Below are positions 28,115 through 38,396 of a stretch of DNA of 48,239 nucleotides, piece after piece. The notes under the pieces are model-generated. The model had not been told where the DNA came from. It saw only the letters and a program-made list of their open reading frames with translations, and did not search any database. The stretch is from NCBI GenBank assembly GCA_937890965.1, contig CALAEG010000487.1:1-48239 (forward strand), written 5' to 3'. Origin of the DNA: an uncultured Caulobacteraceae bacterium. Its GTDB lineage: Bacteria; Pseudomonadota; Alphaproteobacteria; Caulobacterales; Caulobacteraceae. The translations under genes were made by a program, and so were the position numbers. Position 1 is the stretch's first letter; each line of letters starts with the position of its first letter.

Positions 28115-29197
28115 ATGGGCTTCGAGCTTCCGGAATGGCCGCTGTTCGGGCTGGACGAGGATGTGCGGCCGGCGCTACGGCGCTCGCTGGAGGCCTGCAA
28201 GCCCGCGGCGCTGGTCACCCTCTATAAGGTCGAGGGCGGGGGGCCGCGACCGCCGGGCACCCAGATGGTCTTTGCCGAGGGTCTGGTGGCCGGCTTCCTT
28301 TCCGGCGGCTGCGTCGAGGGCGATGTGGCCATCCACGCCGCCGAGACCCTGGCCGATGGCGAGCCCCGGCGGCTGATCTATGGCGAGGGCGGACCCTGGC
28401 CGGACATCCAGCTGCTGTGTGGGGCGCGGATCGAGATCCTGGTCGAACGGGTCATGCCCGACGACGCGGCGGCGGCGCGGCTGCTCACCCTGATGGACGA
28501 CCGCCGGCCGGCGGTGTGGAGCACCGACGGCCGCGAACGCAGCGTCGAGGCGGCCGCCTTCACCGCCCACGAGCTTTGCCTGGCCTCCGAGGACCCCTTC
28601 CTGGTCGCCCGCCTGCACGAGCCCAAGCCCAGGCTGGCGGTGGTCGGGGCCGATCCGACCGCCCTGGCCATCGCCGCGCTCGGCGCCCAGGCCGGGTTCG
28701 AGACCACCCTGATCCGGCCCAAGGGCCCGATCGAGCCGCCGCCGCTGGCTGGCGTCGCCTATAGCCGCGCCGAGCCGGCCGAGGCCTTCGCCGAGGTCGG
28801 CATCGACCCCTGGACCTCGATCGCCATCGCCACCCACGACTGGGACACCGACCAGGACGCCTTGTTGGCGGCCCTGCCCTCGTCCGCCTTTTATATCGGC
28901 GTCCTGGGCGCCAAGCGCAGGCTGCCCGAGCGGTTCGCGCGATTGAGCGCGGCCGGAGTCACCGACGACCAGCTGGCGCGGCTGCGCGCGCCCATCGGGC
29001 TCGATCTGGGCGGCAAGGCGCCTTGGGAGGTGGCCGTCTCGGTGATCGGCGAGATCGTGGCGGAAAAGGCCGCCGGCTACAGCCGGTCCAGCACCAGCAC
29101 ATCGACCACATCGCCGACCGCGCCCACGGGCGCGCCGATCCCGCGCCGGATGAGCGCGCCGGACTCGGCGAAGACCTTGACCAGCGAAGAGTCCTGA
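28115..29197 (+). CDS. xdhC: XdhC/CoxI family Moco-insertion chaperone
   Basis: GPRPPG, GFLSGGCVE, LLCG, ATHD, YIGVLG, RLRAPIGL...EVAVS. Confidence 0.9.
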   Translation: MGFELPEWPLFGLDEDVRPALRRSLEACKPAALVTLYKVEGGGPRPPGTQMVFAEGLVAGFLSGGCVEGDVAIHAAETLADGEPRRLIYGEGGPWPDIQLLCGARIEILVERVMPDDAAAARLLTLMDDRRPAVWSTDGRERSVEAAAFTAHELCLASEDPFLVARLHEPKPRLAVVGADPTALAIAALGAQAGFETTLIRPKGPIEPPPLAGVAYSRAEPAEAFAEVGIDPWTSIAIATHDWDTDQDALLAALPSSAFYIGVLGAKRRLPERFARLSAAGVTDDQLARLRAPIGLDLGGKAPWEVAVSVIGEIVAEKAAGYSRSSTSTSTTSPTAPTGAPIPRRMSAPDSAKTLTSEES

Positions 29198-30264
29198 TCG
29201 CCCATCGGCTCGGCCCATAGCGCGCCGTCGGACGATGACAACCTCGCCCGCGCCCAATGCTCGCGCCCGCTATTGGCCGGCATAGGGCCCTTGAGGCGCG
29301 CGCTGGCCAGGTTCGGGCCGGGCTCGCCGCCCTGCATGGCGGCCAGCAGGGGTCGCAAGAACAGCTCCGCGCAGACCAGGGCCGAGGCCGGATTGCCAGG
29401 CAGGCCGAGCACGCGGCGGCCGTCGCCGAGCACTCCGAACCAGGTCGGCTTTCCCGGCCGCACCCGCACGGTCTCGACGCTGAGCTCCAGGCCCAGCCGC
29501 CCGAGCGCCGGCTTGACCAGGTCGTGGTCGCCCACCGAGGCGCCGCCCAGGGTGACGATCAGCGCCTCGGGCGCGGTCGTAACCGCCGCGGCGATGGCCG
29601 CCTCGTCGTCGCCGGCGCGGACCGTGCGCACCGTTCCACCGCCCCAGCGCGCGACCAACAACGAGAGCATGGGCCCGCCGGCGTCGAAGATCTGGTCCGG
29701 ACCCGGCGAGCCTCCCGGCGCGATGATCTCCTCGCCGGTGGAGAGCAGGACGACATCAATGGCCCGCGCCACCTTCAGGCTGGCGCGCCCGGCAGCGGCG
29801 GCGAGGCCGATGCGCCAGGCGTCGAGCCGCACCCCCGGCTGCAACAGCGTCTGGCCCGCACGGAAATCGCCGCCGCGCGGGCGGATGAAGCTGGAGCGAT
29901 CGTCGGCGGCCGGCGTCTTCACCCGATCCCCGTCGCGTATCGCCTCTTCCTGGATCACCACCCGGGTCGAGCCATCGGGCGCCGCCGCGCCGGTGAAGAT
30001 GCGCACGGCGTCGCCGGGCTCAAGCGGCGTGCGATAGGAATGGCCGGCGGCGCTTTCACCGACGATGCGGAAATCGTCGCCCGGCCCGGCCACCGCCCAG
30101 CCGTCCATGGCCGAGGAATCGAACGGCGGCTGATCGCGCGCCGCGGTGACGGTCTCGGCCAGCACCCGGCCGAACGCAGCCGCGATGGCGAGCGTCTCGC
30201 TCCCGACTTTGCCGGCCAGGGCCAGCATCCGGCCACGGGCCTCTTCGACGGAAAGGTCCTTCAC
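29077..30264 (-). CDS. moeA: Molybdopterin molybdotransferase MoeA
   Basis: [46 protein letters not shown]. Confidence 0.96.
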   Translation of the reverse strand: MKDLSVEEARGRMLALAGKVGSETLAIAAAFGRVLAETVTAARDQPPFDSSAMDGWAVAGPGDDFRIVGESAAGHSYRTPLEPGDAVRIFTGAAAPDGSTRVVIQEEAIRDGDRVKTPAADDRSSFIRPRGGDFRAGQTLLQPGVRLDAWRIGLAAAAGRASLKVARAIDVVLLSTGEEIIAPGGSPGPDQIFDAGGPMLSLLVARWGGGTVRTVRAGDDEAAIAAAVTTAPEALIVTLGGASVGDHDLVKPALGRLGLELSVETVRVRPGKPTWFGVLGDGRRVLGLPGNPASALVCAELFLRPLLAAMQGGEPGPNLASARLKGPMPANSGREHWARARLSSSDGALWAEPMGDQDSSLVKVFAESGALIRRGIGAPVGAVGDVVDVLVLDRL

Positions 30265-30743
30265 GCGTCCTCGCGCCTAAAGTCGCCCGAGGCGCCGCCG
30301 GTCTTGGAGATCAGTCGCACACCCTCGATGGTCATGGCCTTATCGGCGGCCTTCAGCATGTCGTAGAGGGTCAGGCACGCCACTGAGACGGCGGTCAGCG
30401 CCTCCATCTCCACACCGGTCCGCCCCGTGGTCTTCACCCGCGCGGTGACGGCCAGGCCCGCCCCGCCGGCGTCTTCCGACACCTGGACCACCACGTTCGA
30501 CAGGCTCAAGGGGTGACAGAGCGGAATCAGTTCCGAGGTCTTCTTGGCGGCCATGACGCCGGCGATCTCCGCCGTCGCGCGCACGTCGCCCTTCTTGCCC
30601 TCGCCGGAGAGCGCCAGGGCCAGGGTTTTCGGATCCATCCGCACCAGACCCGCCGCCACGGCCTCGCGCGCCGTGTCGGGCTTGTCCGAAACATCGACCA
30701 TCCGCGCCCGGCCTTCACTGTCCATATGGGTCAGCCGGCTCAT
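30261..30743 (-). CDS. moaC: Cyclic pyranopterin monophosphate synthase MoaC
   Basis: [44 protein letters not shown]. Confidence 0.97.
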   Translation of the reverse strand: MSRLTHMDSEGRARMVDVSDKPDTAREAVAAGLVRMDPKTLALALSGEGKKGDVRATAEIAGVMAAKKTSELIPLCHPLSLSNVVVQVSEDAGGAGLAVTARVKTTGRTGVEMEALTAVSVACLTLYDMLKAADKAMTIEGVRLISKTGGASGDFRREDA

Positions 30744-31294
30744 TTTTCGCTCAGGCGCGGCATGATCTCGACGAAGTTGCAGGGCTTGTGGCGGCTGTCG
30801 AGCTGGACCGAGATCACCTTGTCCCAACCGTCCTTCACCGCCCCGTTCGAGCCCGGCATGCAGAAGACGAAGACATTGCCAATGACGCCCGCCGTGGCGC
30901 GCGATTGCAGCGTCGACAGGCCCACCGTCTGGTAGCTGACCATGTGGAAGATCACCGAAAACCCGTCGATCCGCTTGTCGAACAGCGGCTCGATCGCCTC
31001 GGGCGTCACGTCGCGCCCGGTGAGCCCGGTGCCACCGGTGGTGAGGATGACATCGACCTCGCCGGACGCCACCCAGGCCATCACCTGGGCGCGGATCTTC
31101 GCCCGGTCGTCGGGAACCACCGCCTTGCCCGCGAGCCTGTGACCGGCGCCGGTCAGCCGCTCGACCAGCACGTGGCCGGAGGTGTCGCTCTCCTCGTCGC
31201 GGGTGTCGGAAATGGTCAGCACGGCGATCCGCGTCGGGACGAGCGTGAGGCTCTCGTCGATTCGGCCGCCAGGGGCCGGGAAGGGCGCGTTCAT
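30740..31294 (-). CDS. moaB: Molybdenum cofactor biosynthesis protein B
   Basis: [46 protein letters not shown]. Confidence 0.95.
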   Translation of the reverse strand: MNAPFPAPGGRIDESLTLVPTRIAVLTISDTRDEESDTSGHVLVERLTGAGHRLAGKAVVPDDRAKIRAQVMAWVASGEVDVILTTGGTGLTGRDVTPEAIEPLFDKRIDGFSVIFHMVSYQTVGLSTLQSRATAGVIGNVFVFCMPGSNGAVKDGWDKVISVQLDSRHKPCNFVEIMPRLSEK

Positions 31295-31363
31295 GGTCGT
31301 CTCCAGCAAAGGGTCAGACCCAGTCTAGACCAAATGGACGCATCGGACATCGCGCGCGGAGGC

Positions 31364-31609
31364 TTAAGCCTCGGTCGGGTATCCGCCCTCGCGCCAGGCC
31401 TGCATGCCCCCATCGAGGGCGATGGCGCGGGTGAAGCCCAACTGGCGCAAGGTGAGCGCCGCCAGGGTAGAGATATTGCCGAACTCGCAACAGGTGACGA
31501 TGCGCAGGGTGGGATCGGGAATCTCCTCGTTCACCCTCAGCTCCAGCTGTCCACGGGGCAGATGGCGCGCGCCTGGGATGTGGCCGGCCTTGAGGTCGGG
31601 ACCGCGCGG
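31364..31609 (-). pseudogene. N-terminally truncated rhodanese (sulfurtransferase) domain
   Basis: GHIPGARHLP...CCEFGNIS...LDGGMQAW...YP intact, but the N-terminal LDVR strand is missing and there is no ATG between the moaE stop and the motif. Confidence 0.65.
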
Positions 31610-31610
31610 C

Positions 31611-32051
31611 CTAGTCCCACCTTGCCGCGTCGCTGCGGTCCTGCTCCGTGGGTTCGATCCAGCGGGCGCCATCCGGGCCGTGTTCTCTCTTCCAGAAGGG
31701 GGCGCGGCTTTTCAGATAGTCCATCAGGTGGTCGGCGGCCTCGAAGGCCTCGCGGCGGTGGGCGGCGGCCGTGGCCACGAAGACGATCGCCTCGCCCGGC
31801 GCGATCTCGCCGATGCGATGGACGATCAGCACGTCGTGCAGCGAAAACCGCGTCCGCGCCGCGTCCGCGATGCGCTCGATCTCGGCGTCGGTAAAACCAG
31901 GATAGGCCTCCAGCTCCAGCCGCGTCACCGCGCCAGCGCCGCCACGCGCGATGCCGGTGAAGCTGACCACCGCGCCGGTCTCCTCGCGGCCCTGGCAGAA
32001 GCCGCTCAGCAGCGCGCCGGGATCGAAGGCTTCGCTCTGCAGCCGGACCAC
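31611..32051 (-). CDS. moaE: Molybdopterin synthase catalytic subunit MoaE
   Basis: GAVVSFTG, LEAYPG, HRIG, AHRREAF, DYLKSRAPFWKRE. Confidence 0.95.
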   Translation of the reverse strand: MVRLQSEAFDPGALLSGFCQGREETGAVVSFTGIARGGAGAVTRLELEAYPGFTDAEIERIADAARTRFSLHDVLIVHRIGEIAPGEAIVFVATAAAHRREAFEAADHLMDYLKSRAPFWKREHGPDGARWIEPTEQDRSDAARWD

Positions 32052-32056
32052 CGCGC

Positions 32057-32302
32057 TCAGCCCCCGCTCATGGGACTGAGGAAGGCGACCTCGGCGCCCG
32101 CCGCGAGCGCGATGTCGCCACGCACCAGCGCCCTGTCCACCGCCGCCTGCACGCCGGCGGCCGCCAGAGCTTCGCCCAGCGCCAGATCCTCGGCGGCGAG
32201 TCGGTTCTTCAGCGCAAAGAGGGTCGCCGGGGTCGGATCGACGAGGCGTTCGCGCCAGCCGGCGACGTCGCGCAGCCGGCCGAACAGGAGCACCCGCACC
32301 AT
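32057..32302 (-). CDS. moaD: Molybdopterin synthase sulfur carrier MoaD
   Basis: MVRVLLFGRLRD...EVAFLSPMSGG with C-terminal GG. Confidence 0.93.
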   Translation of the reverse strand: MVRVLLFGRLRDVAGWRERLVDPTPATLFALKNRLAAEDLALGEALAAAGVQAAVDRALVRGDIALAAGAEVAFLSPMSGG

Positions 32303-32306
32303 GCGC

Positions 32307-33344
32307 CTAGCCGCCGGTGGTCGACATGTGCCGCGCCAGGGCCGGCGCGGCGCCGGGCTCGATGTGGAAGTCGTGACCCTTGGGCTTGGCGTCGATTGCC
32401 GTGCGGATGGCGGCTTCCAGCCCGACCTCATCCGCCCCGCCGCGCAGGACGGCGCGCAGATCGTTGGCGTCGTCGCGGCCAAGGCAGGAGTGCAAGACGC
32501 CGGTGCAGGTCAGCCGCACGCGGTTGCAGCCCTCGCAGAAATTGTGGCTGAGCGGGGTGATCAGGCCGAGCCGGCCACCGGTCTCGGCGATGCGCACATA
32601 GCGCGCCGGACCGCCGGTGGTGAGCGGCAGATCGGTGAGCGTCCAATAGCTCTCCAAGTCCCGCCGGACCTCGGCAAGGGACAGGAACTGGTCGGTGCGA
32701 TCCTCGTCGATCTCGCCCATGGGCATGGTCTCGATCAGAGTCATATCCATGCCCAGGCCGTGCGCCCAGGAAATCAGAGCGGGAATTTCGCCGGCATTGT
32801 CAGTCTTCAGCGCCACGGTGTTGATCTTCACCGCCAGCCCCGCCGCGCGGGCGGCTTCGATGCCGGCCAGCACCCGGGCGAGGTCGCCACCCCGGGTGAT
32901 GTGGGCGAAGAGGTCGGGGTTCAGCGTATCCAACGAGACATTGATCCGCCTGACGCCCAGCCGGGCCAGGTCGGCGGCGTAGCGGTCGAGCTGGGTGCCG
33001 TTGGTTGTCAGGGTCAGTTCGTCCAGCGCGCCGGTGTCGAGATGGCGCGACAGCTTTTCCACCAGGATCATGAACCCCCGGCGCACCAGCGGCTCGCCGC
33101 CGGTGAGGCGAAGCTTCCTCACGCCAAGGCCGACGAAGGTCGAGGCCAGGCGATCCAGCTCCTCCAGCGTCAGGACCTCGGCCTTGGGCAGGAAGACCAT
33201 GTGCTCGGACATGCAGTAGACGCAGCGCAGGTCGCAGCGGTCGGTCACCGAGACGCGCAGATAGGTCACGACGCGCCCAAAGCCGTCCACGAGCGGCGGC
33301 TTGGCGGCGGTGGACCGGAGGGCGGAGGCGTCGTACGGCGTCAT
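32307..33344 (-). CDS. moaA: GTP 3',8-cyclase MoaA
   Basis: [17 protein letters not shown] radical-SAM motif, [15 protein letters not shown]-terminal GG. Confidence 0.97.
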   Translation of the reverse strand: MTPYDASALRSTAAKPPLVDGFGRVVTYLRVSVTDRCDLRCVYCMSEHMVFLPKAEVLTLEELDRLASTFVGLGVRKLRLTGGEPLVRRGFMILVEKLSRHLDTGALDELTLTTNGTQLDRYAADLARLGVRRINVSLDTLNPDLFAHITRGGDLARVLAGIEAARAAGLAVKINTVALKTDNAGEIPALISWAHGLGMDMTLIETMPMGEIDEDRTDQFLSLAEVRRDLESYWTLTDLPLTTGGPARYVRIAETGGRLGLITPLSHNFCEGCNRVRLTCTGVLHSCLGRDDANDLRAVLRGGADEVGLEAAIRTAIDAKPKGHDFHIEPGAAPALARHMSTTGG

Positions 33345-33374
33345 CGTGCCGCTGTACATAGAAAGGAACGGGCC

Positions 33375-33992
33375 GTGGCGACAGGGGTAGCGACGGATAC
33401 GACCGTCGAAGCCATCGTGCTGGCCGCCGGATTCGGCGCCCGTTTCGGCGGCGGCAAGCTCACCGCACCCTGGCGGGACGGGGTATTGCTCGACGGCGCG
33501 CTGATCGCCGCCTTCGCCGCGCCGGTGCGGACCATAAGCGTGGTCTGGGGCGCGGACCCTGCCGTGCCCGAAGCGGCAAGGGCCTTCGCCGAACGGATGG
33601 ACGAGGCCGGGCGACTAAGACTGGTCAACGCGGTGGACCACGCCGAAGGCATGGCCGCCACCTTGCGCGCCGGAATCGCCAGCCTGGCGACCGATACCAC
33701 CGGAGCCTTTGTCTTCCTGGGTGACATGCCGCGTGTGCCGGTCGCCGTCTTTGCGAAACTCGCCGATGCCCTCGCGGCTGGCGCGCCGGCCGCCGCCCCG
33801 CTGTTCGAGGGCCGTCGGGGCCACCCGGTCCTGTTTTCCGCCCCGCTCTTTCCACAACTCCTGGCGCTCACGGGCGACGAAGGCGCGCGCGCCGTCCTGC
33901 AAAAGCTGGGCGGCGCCCTGGCGACCGTCGAGGCCCCGGACGAAGGCGTGCTGTTCGACATCGATCTCCCAGGTGACATGGCTAGGGGGTAA
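33375..33992 (+). CDS. mocA: Molybdenum cofactor cytidylyltransferase (MocA-like)
   Basis: [34 protein letters not shown]; GTG start after AAGGA. Confidence 0.85.
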   Translation: MATGVATDTTVEAIVLAAGFGARFGGGKLTAPWRDGVLLDGALIAAFAAPVRTISVVWGADPAVPEAARAFAERMDEAGRLRLVNAVDHAEGMAATLRAGIASLATDTTGAFVFLGDMPRVPVAVFAKLADALAAGAPAAAPLFEGRRGHPVLFSAPLFPQLLALTGDEGARAVLQKLGGALATVEAPDEGVLFDIDLPGDMARG

Positions 33993-34019
33993 CCCCTCCC
34001 CTCGCTCAAATCTAATGGA

Positions 34020-36206
34020 CTAGCCTTTCACGAAGGGCAGGCTGGAGGTCGGGGTTCCGTTCAGGGCCAGGAGCGCGTTGGCGACCGCGGCGGCGATGAC
34101 CGGGGTGCCGGGCTCGCCGGCGCCGGTGGGAGGGTTGGTTGAGGCGAGGATATAGGTCTCGACGGTCGGGGCCTCATTCATCCTCAACACGCGATAGGCG
34201 TCGAAATTGGTCTGTTCGACCACCCCGTCCTTCAGGGTGATCTTGCCGAACAGAGCCGCCGACAGGCCGTAGCAGACCCCGCCTTCCATCTGGGCGGCGA
34301 TCAGGTCGGGCGCGATGGCCGTGCCGCAATCGATGGCGCAGACCACACGGCCGACGCGCGGTTCGTTGCCCTTCATCGTCACCTCGGCGACCTGCGCCAC
34401 CACCGAGCCGAAGCTCTCGTGCACGGCCACGCCGCGCGCAGTTCCCGACGGCAGGGGCTGGCCCCAACCGGCCTTTTCGCAGGCCAGGTCGAGCACGGCG
34501 CGATGGCGGTCGGCGCTGCGGCCAGCACGCGTATAGAGGGCGCGGCGGTAGTCGGCCGGGTCCTTGCCCGCCTTGCGGGCCAGCTGGTCGATGGTGTGCT
34601 CCATGGCGAAGGCCGTATGGGTCGCGCCCACCGAACGCCACCAGAGCACGGTCACCGGGAACTCCGGCTCATAGACCTGGGCGTCGACCACCGGCGTCGC
34701 GGCCAGATAGACCGAGCCCTTGACCCCCTCGACGGTGGTCTCGTCAAAGCCGCCGCCGGTCAGCGAACCCTTGGAGATCGACTGGGTCACCACCCGATGA
34801 CGCCAGGCGGCGGGATAGCCGTCAGCGTTGGTCCTGATCGACACCAGGTGGTGGGTAAGGGGCCGGTAGAGGCCGCCGGTCATGTCGTCCTCGCGGGTCC
34901 AGACCAGCTTCACCGGCCGGCCGCCGCCGACATGCTTGGCGATGTGCACCGCCTCGACGACATAGTCGGAATGGTTGTTGCCACGCCGCCCGAACGAGCC
35001 GCCGGCCGGCAGGGTCTCGATCTCCACCGCGCCGGGCAGGGTCCCGACCACCATGGCCGTATTGATCTGGTCCAGGGTCTGGATCTGCGAGGCGAAGGTG
35101 AGCTTGACCCGGTTGCCGTCCACCTGGGCGACGCAGTTCATCGGCTCCATGGTGGCGTGGGCGAGATAGGGGAAGTCGTAGGCGGCGTTGAACAGCGGTC
35201 CGTCGAAGGCGCCGGTCGCATCGCCCTTGGTTTCGAAGACCTGCGCCTTCACATCGCCCTGGCCGGCGGCGATCCGGTGATAGTCGGCGAGCATGACGTC
35301 GGATGAGCGTTTCTCCGCCTTGTCGTCATTCCAGGTTACCTTAAGGGCGTCGCGGCCCATGCGCGCGGCATAGGTGGACTGGGCGATCACCGCGACGCCG
35401 GTGGGGATCTTCACCACATCGACGACGCCGGGAACCTGGCGCGTCGCGCTGTCGTCGAACGAGGCCGGCTTGCCGCCGAAGCGGGGCGGGTGGGCCACCA
35501 CCGCCGTCAGCATGTCGGGCAGGTGGACGTCCTGGGTGTAGCGGGCGGTTCCGGTGCTCTTGGCTGGGGTGTCCTTGCGCGCTACGCGCCGGGTGCCGAT
35601 CAGGCTGAAGTCGGCATGGCGCTTCAGCCGGGGTGACTGCGGCGGCGTCACCTTGGCCGCCTCGGCGATCAGGTCGCCGAAACTGGCGAAGCGGCCCGAC
35701 GGCCCGTGGGCGAGCACACCGTTCTGCACGGTGATGTCGCTGACCGGGACGTTCCAGCGCGCCCCGGCCGCCTGCACGAACATGGCCCGCGCGGCGGCGC
35801 CGGCGCGGCGGTACTGCAGCCAGGAATTGGCCATGGCGGTCGAGCCGCCGGTGCCCTGCACACCGAACAGGGTGTTGGCGTAGAGCTTGGCGTTGGCGGC
35901 CGAGGGGACGACCTTGACCTTGTCCCAGTCGGCGTCGAGCTCCTCGGCGACCAGGGCGGCGAGGCCCGCATGATTGCCCTGGCCCATCTCCTGGTGCTTG
36001 TTCATCACCGTCACCGACCCGTCGGGATCGATCTTGATGAAGGGACCGAAGGCGCCGATGTCGAGATCGCCGCTGCCCATCGACATCAGGCCGGCCATGC
36101 TCTTCGGCGAGCAACCGACCACCAGCGCGCCGCCGACGACGCTGGCGCCGATGATCAGGCCGCGGCGGGTGGCCGAGGCGGCCTTGACCTTGGTGATCGC
36201 GTTCAT
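34020..36206 (-). CDS. Xanthine dehydrogenase family molybdopterin-binding subunit (IorB-like), Tat-exported
   Basis: TRRGLI Tat motif; EMGQG, TGGST, HATMEP, GGSFGRR, WWRSVG, GAGEPG. Confidence 0.92.
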   Translation of the reverse strand: MNAITKVKAASATRRGLIIGASVVGGALVVGCSPKSMAGLMSMGSGDLDIGAFGPFIKIDPDGSVTVMNKHQEMGQGNHAGLAALVAEELDADWDKVKVVPSAANAKLYANTLFGVQGTGGSTAMANSWLQYRRAGAAARAMFVQAAGARWNVPVSDITVQNGVLAHGPSGRFASFGDLIAEAAKVTPPQSPRLKRHADFSLIGTRRVARKDTPAKSTGTARYTQDVHLPDMLTAVVAHPPRFGGKPASFDDSATRQVPGVVDVVKIPTGVAVIAQSTYAARMGRDALKVTWNDDKAEKRSSDVMLADYHRIAAGQGDVKAQVFETKGDATGAFDGPLFNAAYDFPYLAHATMEPMNCVAQVDGNRVKLTFASQIQTLDQINTAMVVGTLPGAVEIETLPAGGSFGRRGNNHSDYVVEAVHIAKHVGGGRPVKLVWTREDDMTGGLYRPLTHHLVSIRTNADGYPAAWRHRVVTQSISKGSLTGGGFDETTVEGVKGSVYLAATPVVDAQVYEPEFPVTVLWWRSVGATHTAFAMEHTIDQLARKAGKDPADYRRALYTRAGRSADRHRAVLDLACEKAGWGQPLPSGTARGVAVHESFGSVVAQVAEVTMKGNEPRVGRVVCAIDCGTAIAPDLIAAQMEGGVCYGLSAALFGKITLKDGVVEQTNFDAYRVLRMNEAPTVETYILASTNPPTGAGEPGTPVIAAAVANALLALNGTPTSSLPFVKG

Positions 36207-36673
36207 GCCGGCGCTCCAACGCTCGCGGGCTGTCCGGCCGCGTCGTGGATGGCCGCGCGGATGCGCTGATAGGTGCCGCAGCGACAGATATTGCCGGTCA
36301 TGGCCGCGTCGATGTCGTCGTCGCTGGGCTTCGGTGTCTTGGCCAGCAGGGCCGCGGCCGACATGATCTGGCCGGACTGGCAGTAGCCGCATTGGGGCAC
36401 GTCGGCCTTGATCCAGGCCAGCTGCACCGGATGGGTCCCGCCCAGGCCCTCGATGGTGGTGATCTTCATGCTCGCCGCCGCCGAAACCGGGGTCTGGCAG
36501 GAGCGGATCGCCGCGCCGTCGGCATGCACGGTGCAGGCGCCGCACTGGGCGATGCCGCAGCCGTACTTGGTGCCTGTCAGCTTCAACTCGTCGCGCAGCA
36601 CCCAGAGCAGCGGCGTCTCCGGCGCGGCTTCGACCGCATAGGTCTTGCCGTTGATGTTCAGATTGATGGTCAC
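36203..36673 (-). CDS. (2Fe-2S)-binding subunit (IorA-like)
   Basis: [30 protein letters not shown]; GTG start with GGAGG RBS; ATGA overlap with the large subunit. Confidence 0.94.
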   Translation of the reverse strand: MTINLNINGKTYAVEAAPETPLLWVLRDELKLTGTKYGCGIAQCGACTVHADGAAIRSCQTPVSAAASMKITTIEGLGGTHPVQLAWIKADVPQCGYCQSGQIMSAAALLAKTPKPSDDDIDAAMTGNICRCGTYQRIRAAIHDAAGQPASVGAPA

Positions 36674-36781
36674 AAGGCCCTCCCGGACGCTCTGATTTGC
36701 GCTCATCTTAACACTGTTCAGGTTAGAGCGCGCGGGCAAAAAACTGCCGCGCCTGGCGCAATCGGTCTAGAAATCGCGTTC

Positions 36782-37678
36782 ATGGACGCCTTTCCCGCCT
36801 TCTTCCCCCTGGCCGGCCGCACCGTCGCCATCGTCGGCGAAGGCGAGCCGGCGGAGGCCAAGGCGCGACTGTTCGAGGGCTCGCCGGCCCGGCTGCTGCG
36901 CGTCGGCGAGGGCCTGGCGCTCGAGCCGGCGGCTTACCAGGACGCCAGCATCGCCTTTATCGCCGCCGGAGACATTGCCTTCCGCAAAGCCGCCGCGGCG
37001 GCCGCGCGGCAGGCCGGCGCCGTGGTCAATGTGGTCGACCATCCGGAGCTCTGCGACTTCCACACCCCGGCCCTGGTCGATCGAGGCTCGGTGGTGGCGG
37101 CGGTGGGCACGACGGGGTCGTCGCCGCTGCTGGCGGCCCTGCTACGCAACGACATCGAGGCGCGCATCCCCGCCGGCGCCGGCCGGGTCGCGGCTCTGTT
37201 CGGCGCCATGCGCGAGCGGCTTCGCGAAAAACTGCCTGATCTGGACGCCCGCCGAGCCTTCCTGCGCGAAGCCCTGACCGGTCCGGCCGCCGAGGCCGCC
37301 ATGGCCGACGACATGGCCGGCGCGCGCCGGCTGCTGGAGGCGGCGCTGGACGCCTGGGACGCCGGCGCGATCCGCGAGGGCCGCCTCTGGATCGTCGAGG
37401 ATGGCGCCGCCGACGACCTGCTCAGCCTGCGCGCCGCCCGGGCGCTGGCCCAGGCCGATGTCCTGATTGCCGATGACGGGGCTGCGCCCGCGACCTTGGC
37501 CCTGGCGCGGCGCGAGGCGCGACGGCTGGCCACGGCCGATCCGGCGGAGTTGAGCGCCATCGCCGCCCAGGGTCTGCAGATCGTCTGGGTCGGCGGCCAG
37601 GCCATCGACCCAGGCCTGCTCAAGGCGCTGGCGGCTCGAGGTGTCAGGATCGAACGCCTCAGACCCGCCCCGGCTTAA
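36782..37678 (+). CDS. CysG-like precorrin-2 dehydrogenase/ferrochelatase with degenerate methyltransferase remnant
   Basis: [41 protein letters not shown]; C-terminal [16 protein letters not shown]. Confidence 0.85.
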   Translation: MDAFPAFFPLAGRTVAIVGEGEPAEAKARLFEGSPARLLRVGEGLALEPAAYQDASIAFIAAGDIAFRKAAAAAARQAGAVVNVVDHPELCDFHTPALVDRGSVVAAVGTTGSSPLLAALLRNDIEARIPAGAGRVAALFGAMRERLREKLPDLDARRAFLREALTGPAAEAAMADDMAGARRLLEAALDAWDAGAIREGRLWIVEDGAADDLLSLRAARALAQADVLIADDGAAPATLALARREARRLATADPAELSAIAAQGLQIVWVGGQAIDPGLLKALAARGVRIERLRPAPA

Positions 37679-37682
37679 GCGG

Positions 37683-38324
37683 TCATTTCAGGCCGTCGCG
37701 GACGTTCGAGGCCTTGTCCAAATGCATCTGAACGACAGTCGCGGTCTGGTTGGCGAAGTCCTTGATCCGCGGGCTGTCGCCGTTCGCGCCATAGGCCTTC
37801 ATGATCGTCAGCGCGTCCTGGTGGGCCATAACCTGACTCTGCATATAGGCCTTGTCGAAATCGGCCGGCGCGGCGCTGGTCAGCTCGTCCAGCTTGGACT
37901 TCTTGTCGGCCGGCAAATCGGTCGGCAGGCTCAGCGTCGCGCCCGTCGCCTTGATCGCCGCCTTCAGCGCCGCGGTCGACTGGGTGTGGTCATGGATCAT
38001 CATGGCGGCGAAGGCCTTCACGTCGGCGTTCTTGGTCCGCTTTTCGGCCAGCTTGGCGGCCTGGATCTCGAACATGTCGGTCGAAGCGGCGGCATCGACG
38101 AAGTCGGGCGTCGTGGCCGTGGCGGCGGCGGCGCTGACCGAGGCCTGGGCCGCGGAAGCGTTGGCGTCGCCGGCCGAACTCATCGCCGACCCCGCGGCGC
38201 TGGCGGCGGCGGCGGCGCTGTCCGCGGCCTGGGCGGCGCTGGCGGCCGCATCGGAATTGTTGGCCGGCGGGTTGCACGCCGTCAGAAGCGCGGCAGCGCT
38301 GGCGATCAGAAGATAGCGATGCAT
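37683..38324 (-). CDS. DUF4142 domain lipoprotein
   Basis: Lipobox LTAC, Ala-rich linker, FEIQAAKLA, FA.MMI.DH, FDKAYM..QV.AH; RBS GGAGG. Confidence 0.88.
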   Translation of the reverse strand: MHRYLLIASAAALLTACNPPANNSDAAASAAQAADSAAAAASAAGSAMSSAGDANASAAQASVSAAAATATTPDFVDAAASTDMFEIQAAKLAEKRTKNADVKAFAAMMIHDHTQSTAALKAAIKATGATLSLPTDLPADKKSKLDELTSAAPADFDKAYMQSQVMAHQDALTIMKAYGANGDSPRIKDFANQTATVVQMHLDKASNVRDGLK

Positions 38325-38370
38325 GAGGTGAGGCCTCCCAGGTCCCGGGCTCGCCCGAGCCCAAGACCAG

Positions 38371-38396
38371 AAGCTCAGGCGGCGGTGATCGGTTCC
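38371..38396 (-). promoter_or_regulatory. Possible EcfG/SigT promoter for the DUF4142 gene
   Basis: GGAAC-N17-GCTT (imperfect -10) inside the 3' end of the kinase gene. Confidence 0.4.

Noticed and set aside
31600-31613. Stop-codon readthrough from moaE into the rhodanese fragment
   Set aside because: The fragment is in the +1 frame, so simple readthrough cannot join them
31404-33374. 862-aa ORF suggesting a giant MocA fusion
   Set aside because: The first ~657 codons are antisense to moaA/D/E; only 33375-33992 is MocA-like
36245-36781. N-terminal extension giving a full-length (477 aa) CysG
   Set aside because: The extension is antisense to the 2Fe-2S gene; the length match to CysG is coincidental
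38100-38260. GCC/GCG-rich repetitive tract
   Set aside because: Encodes the Ala/Ser-rich linker of the DUF4142 lipoprotein; not a repeat array
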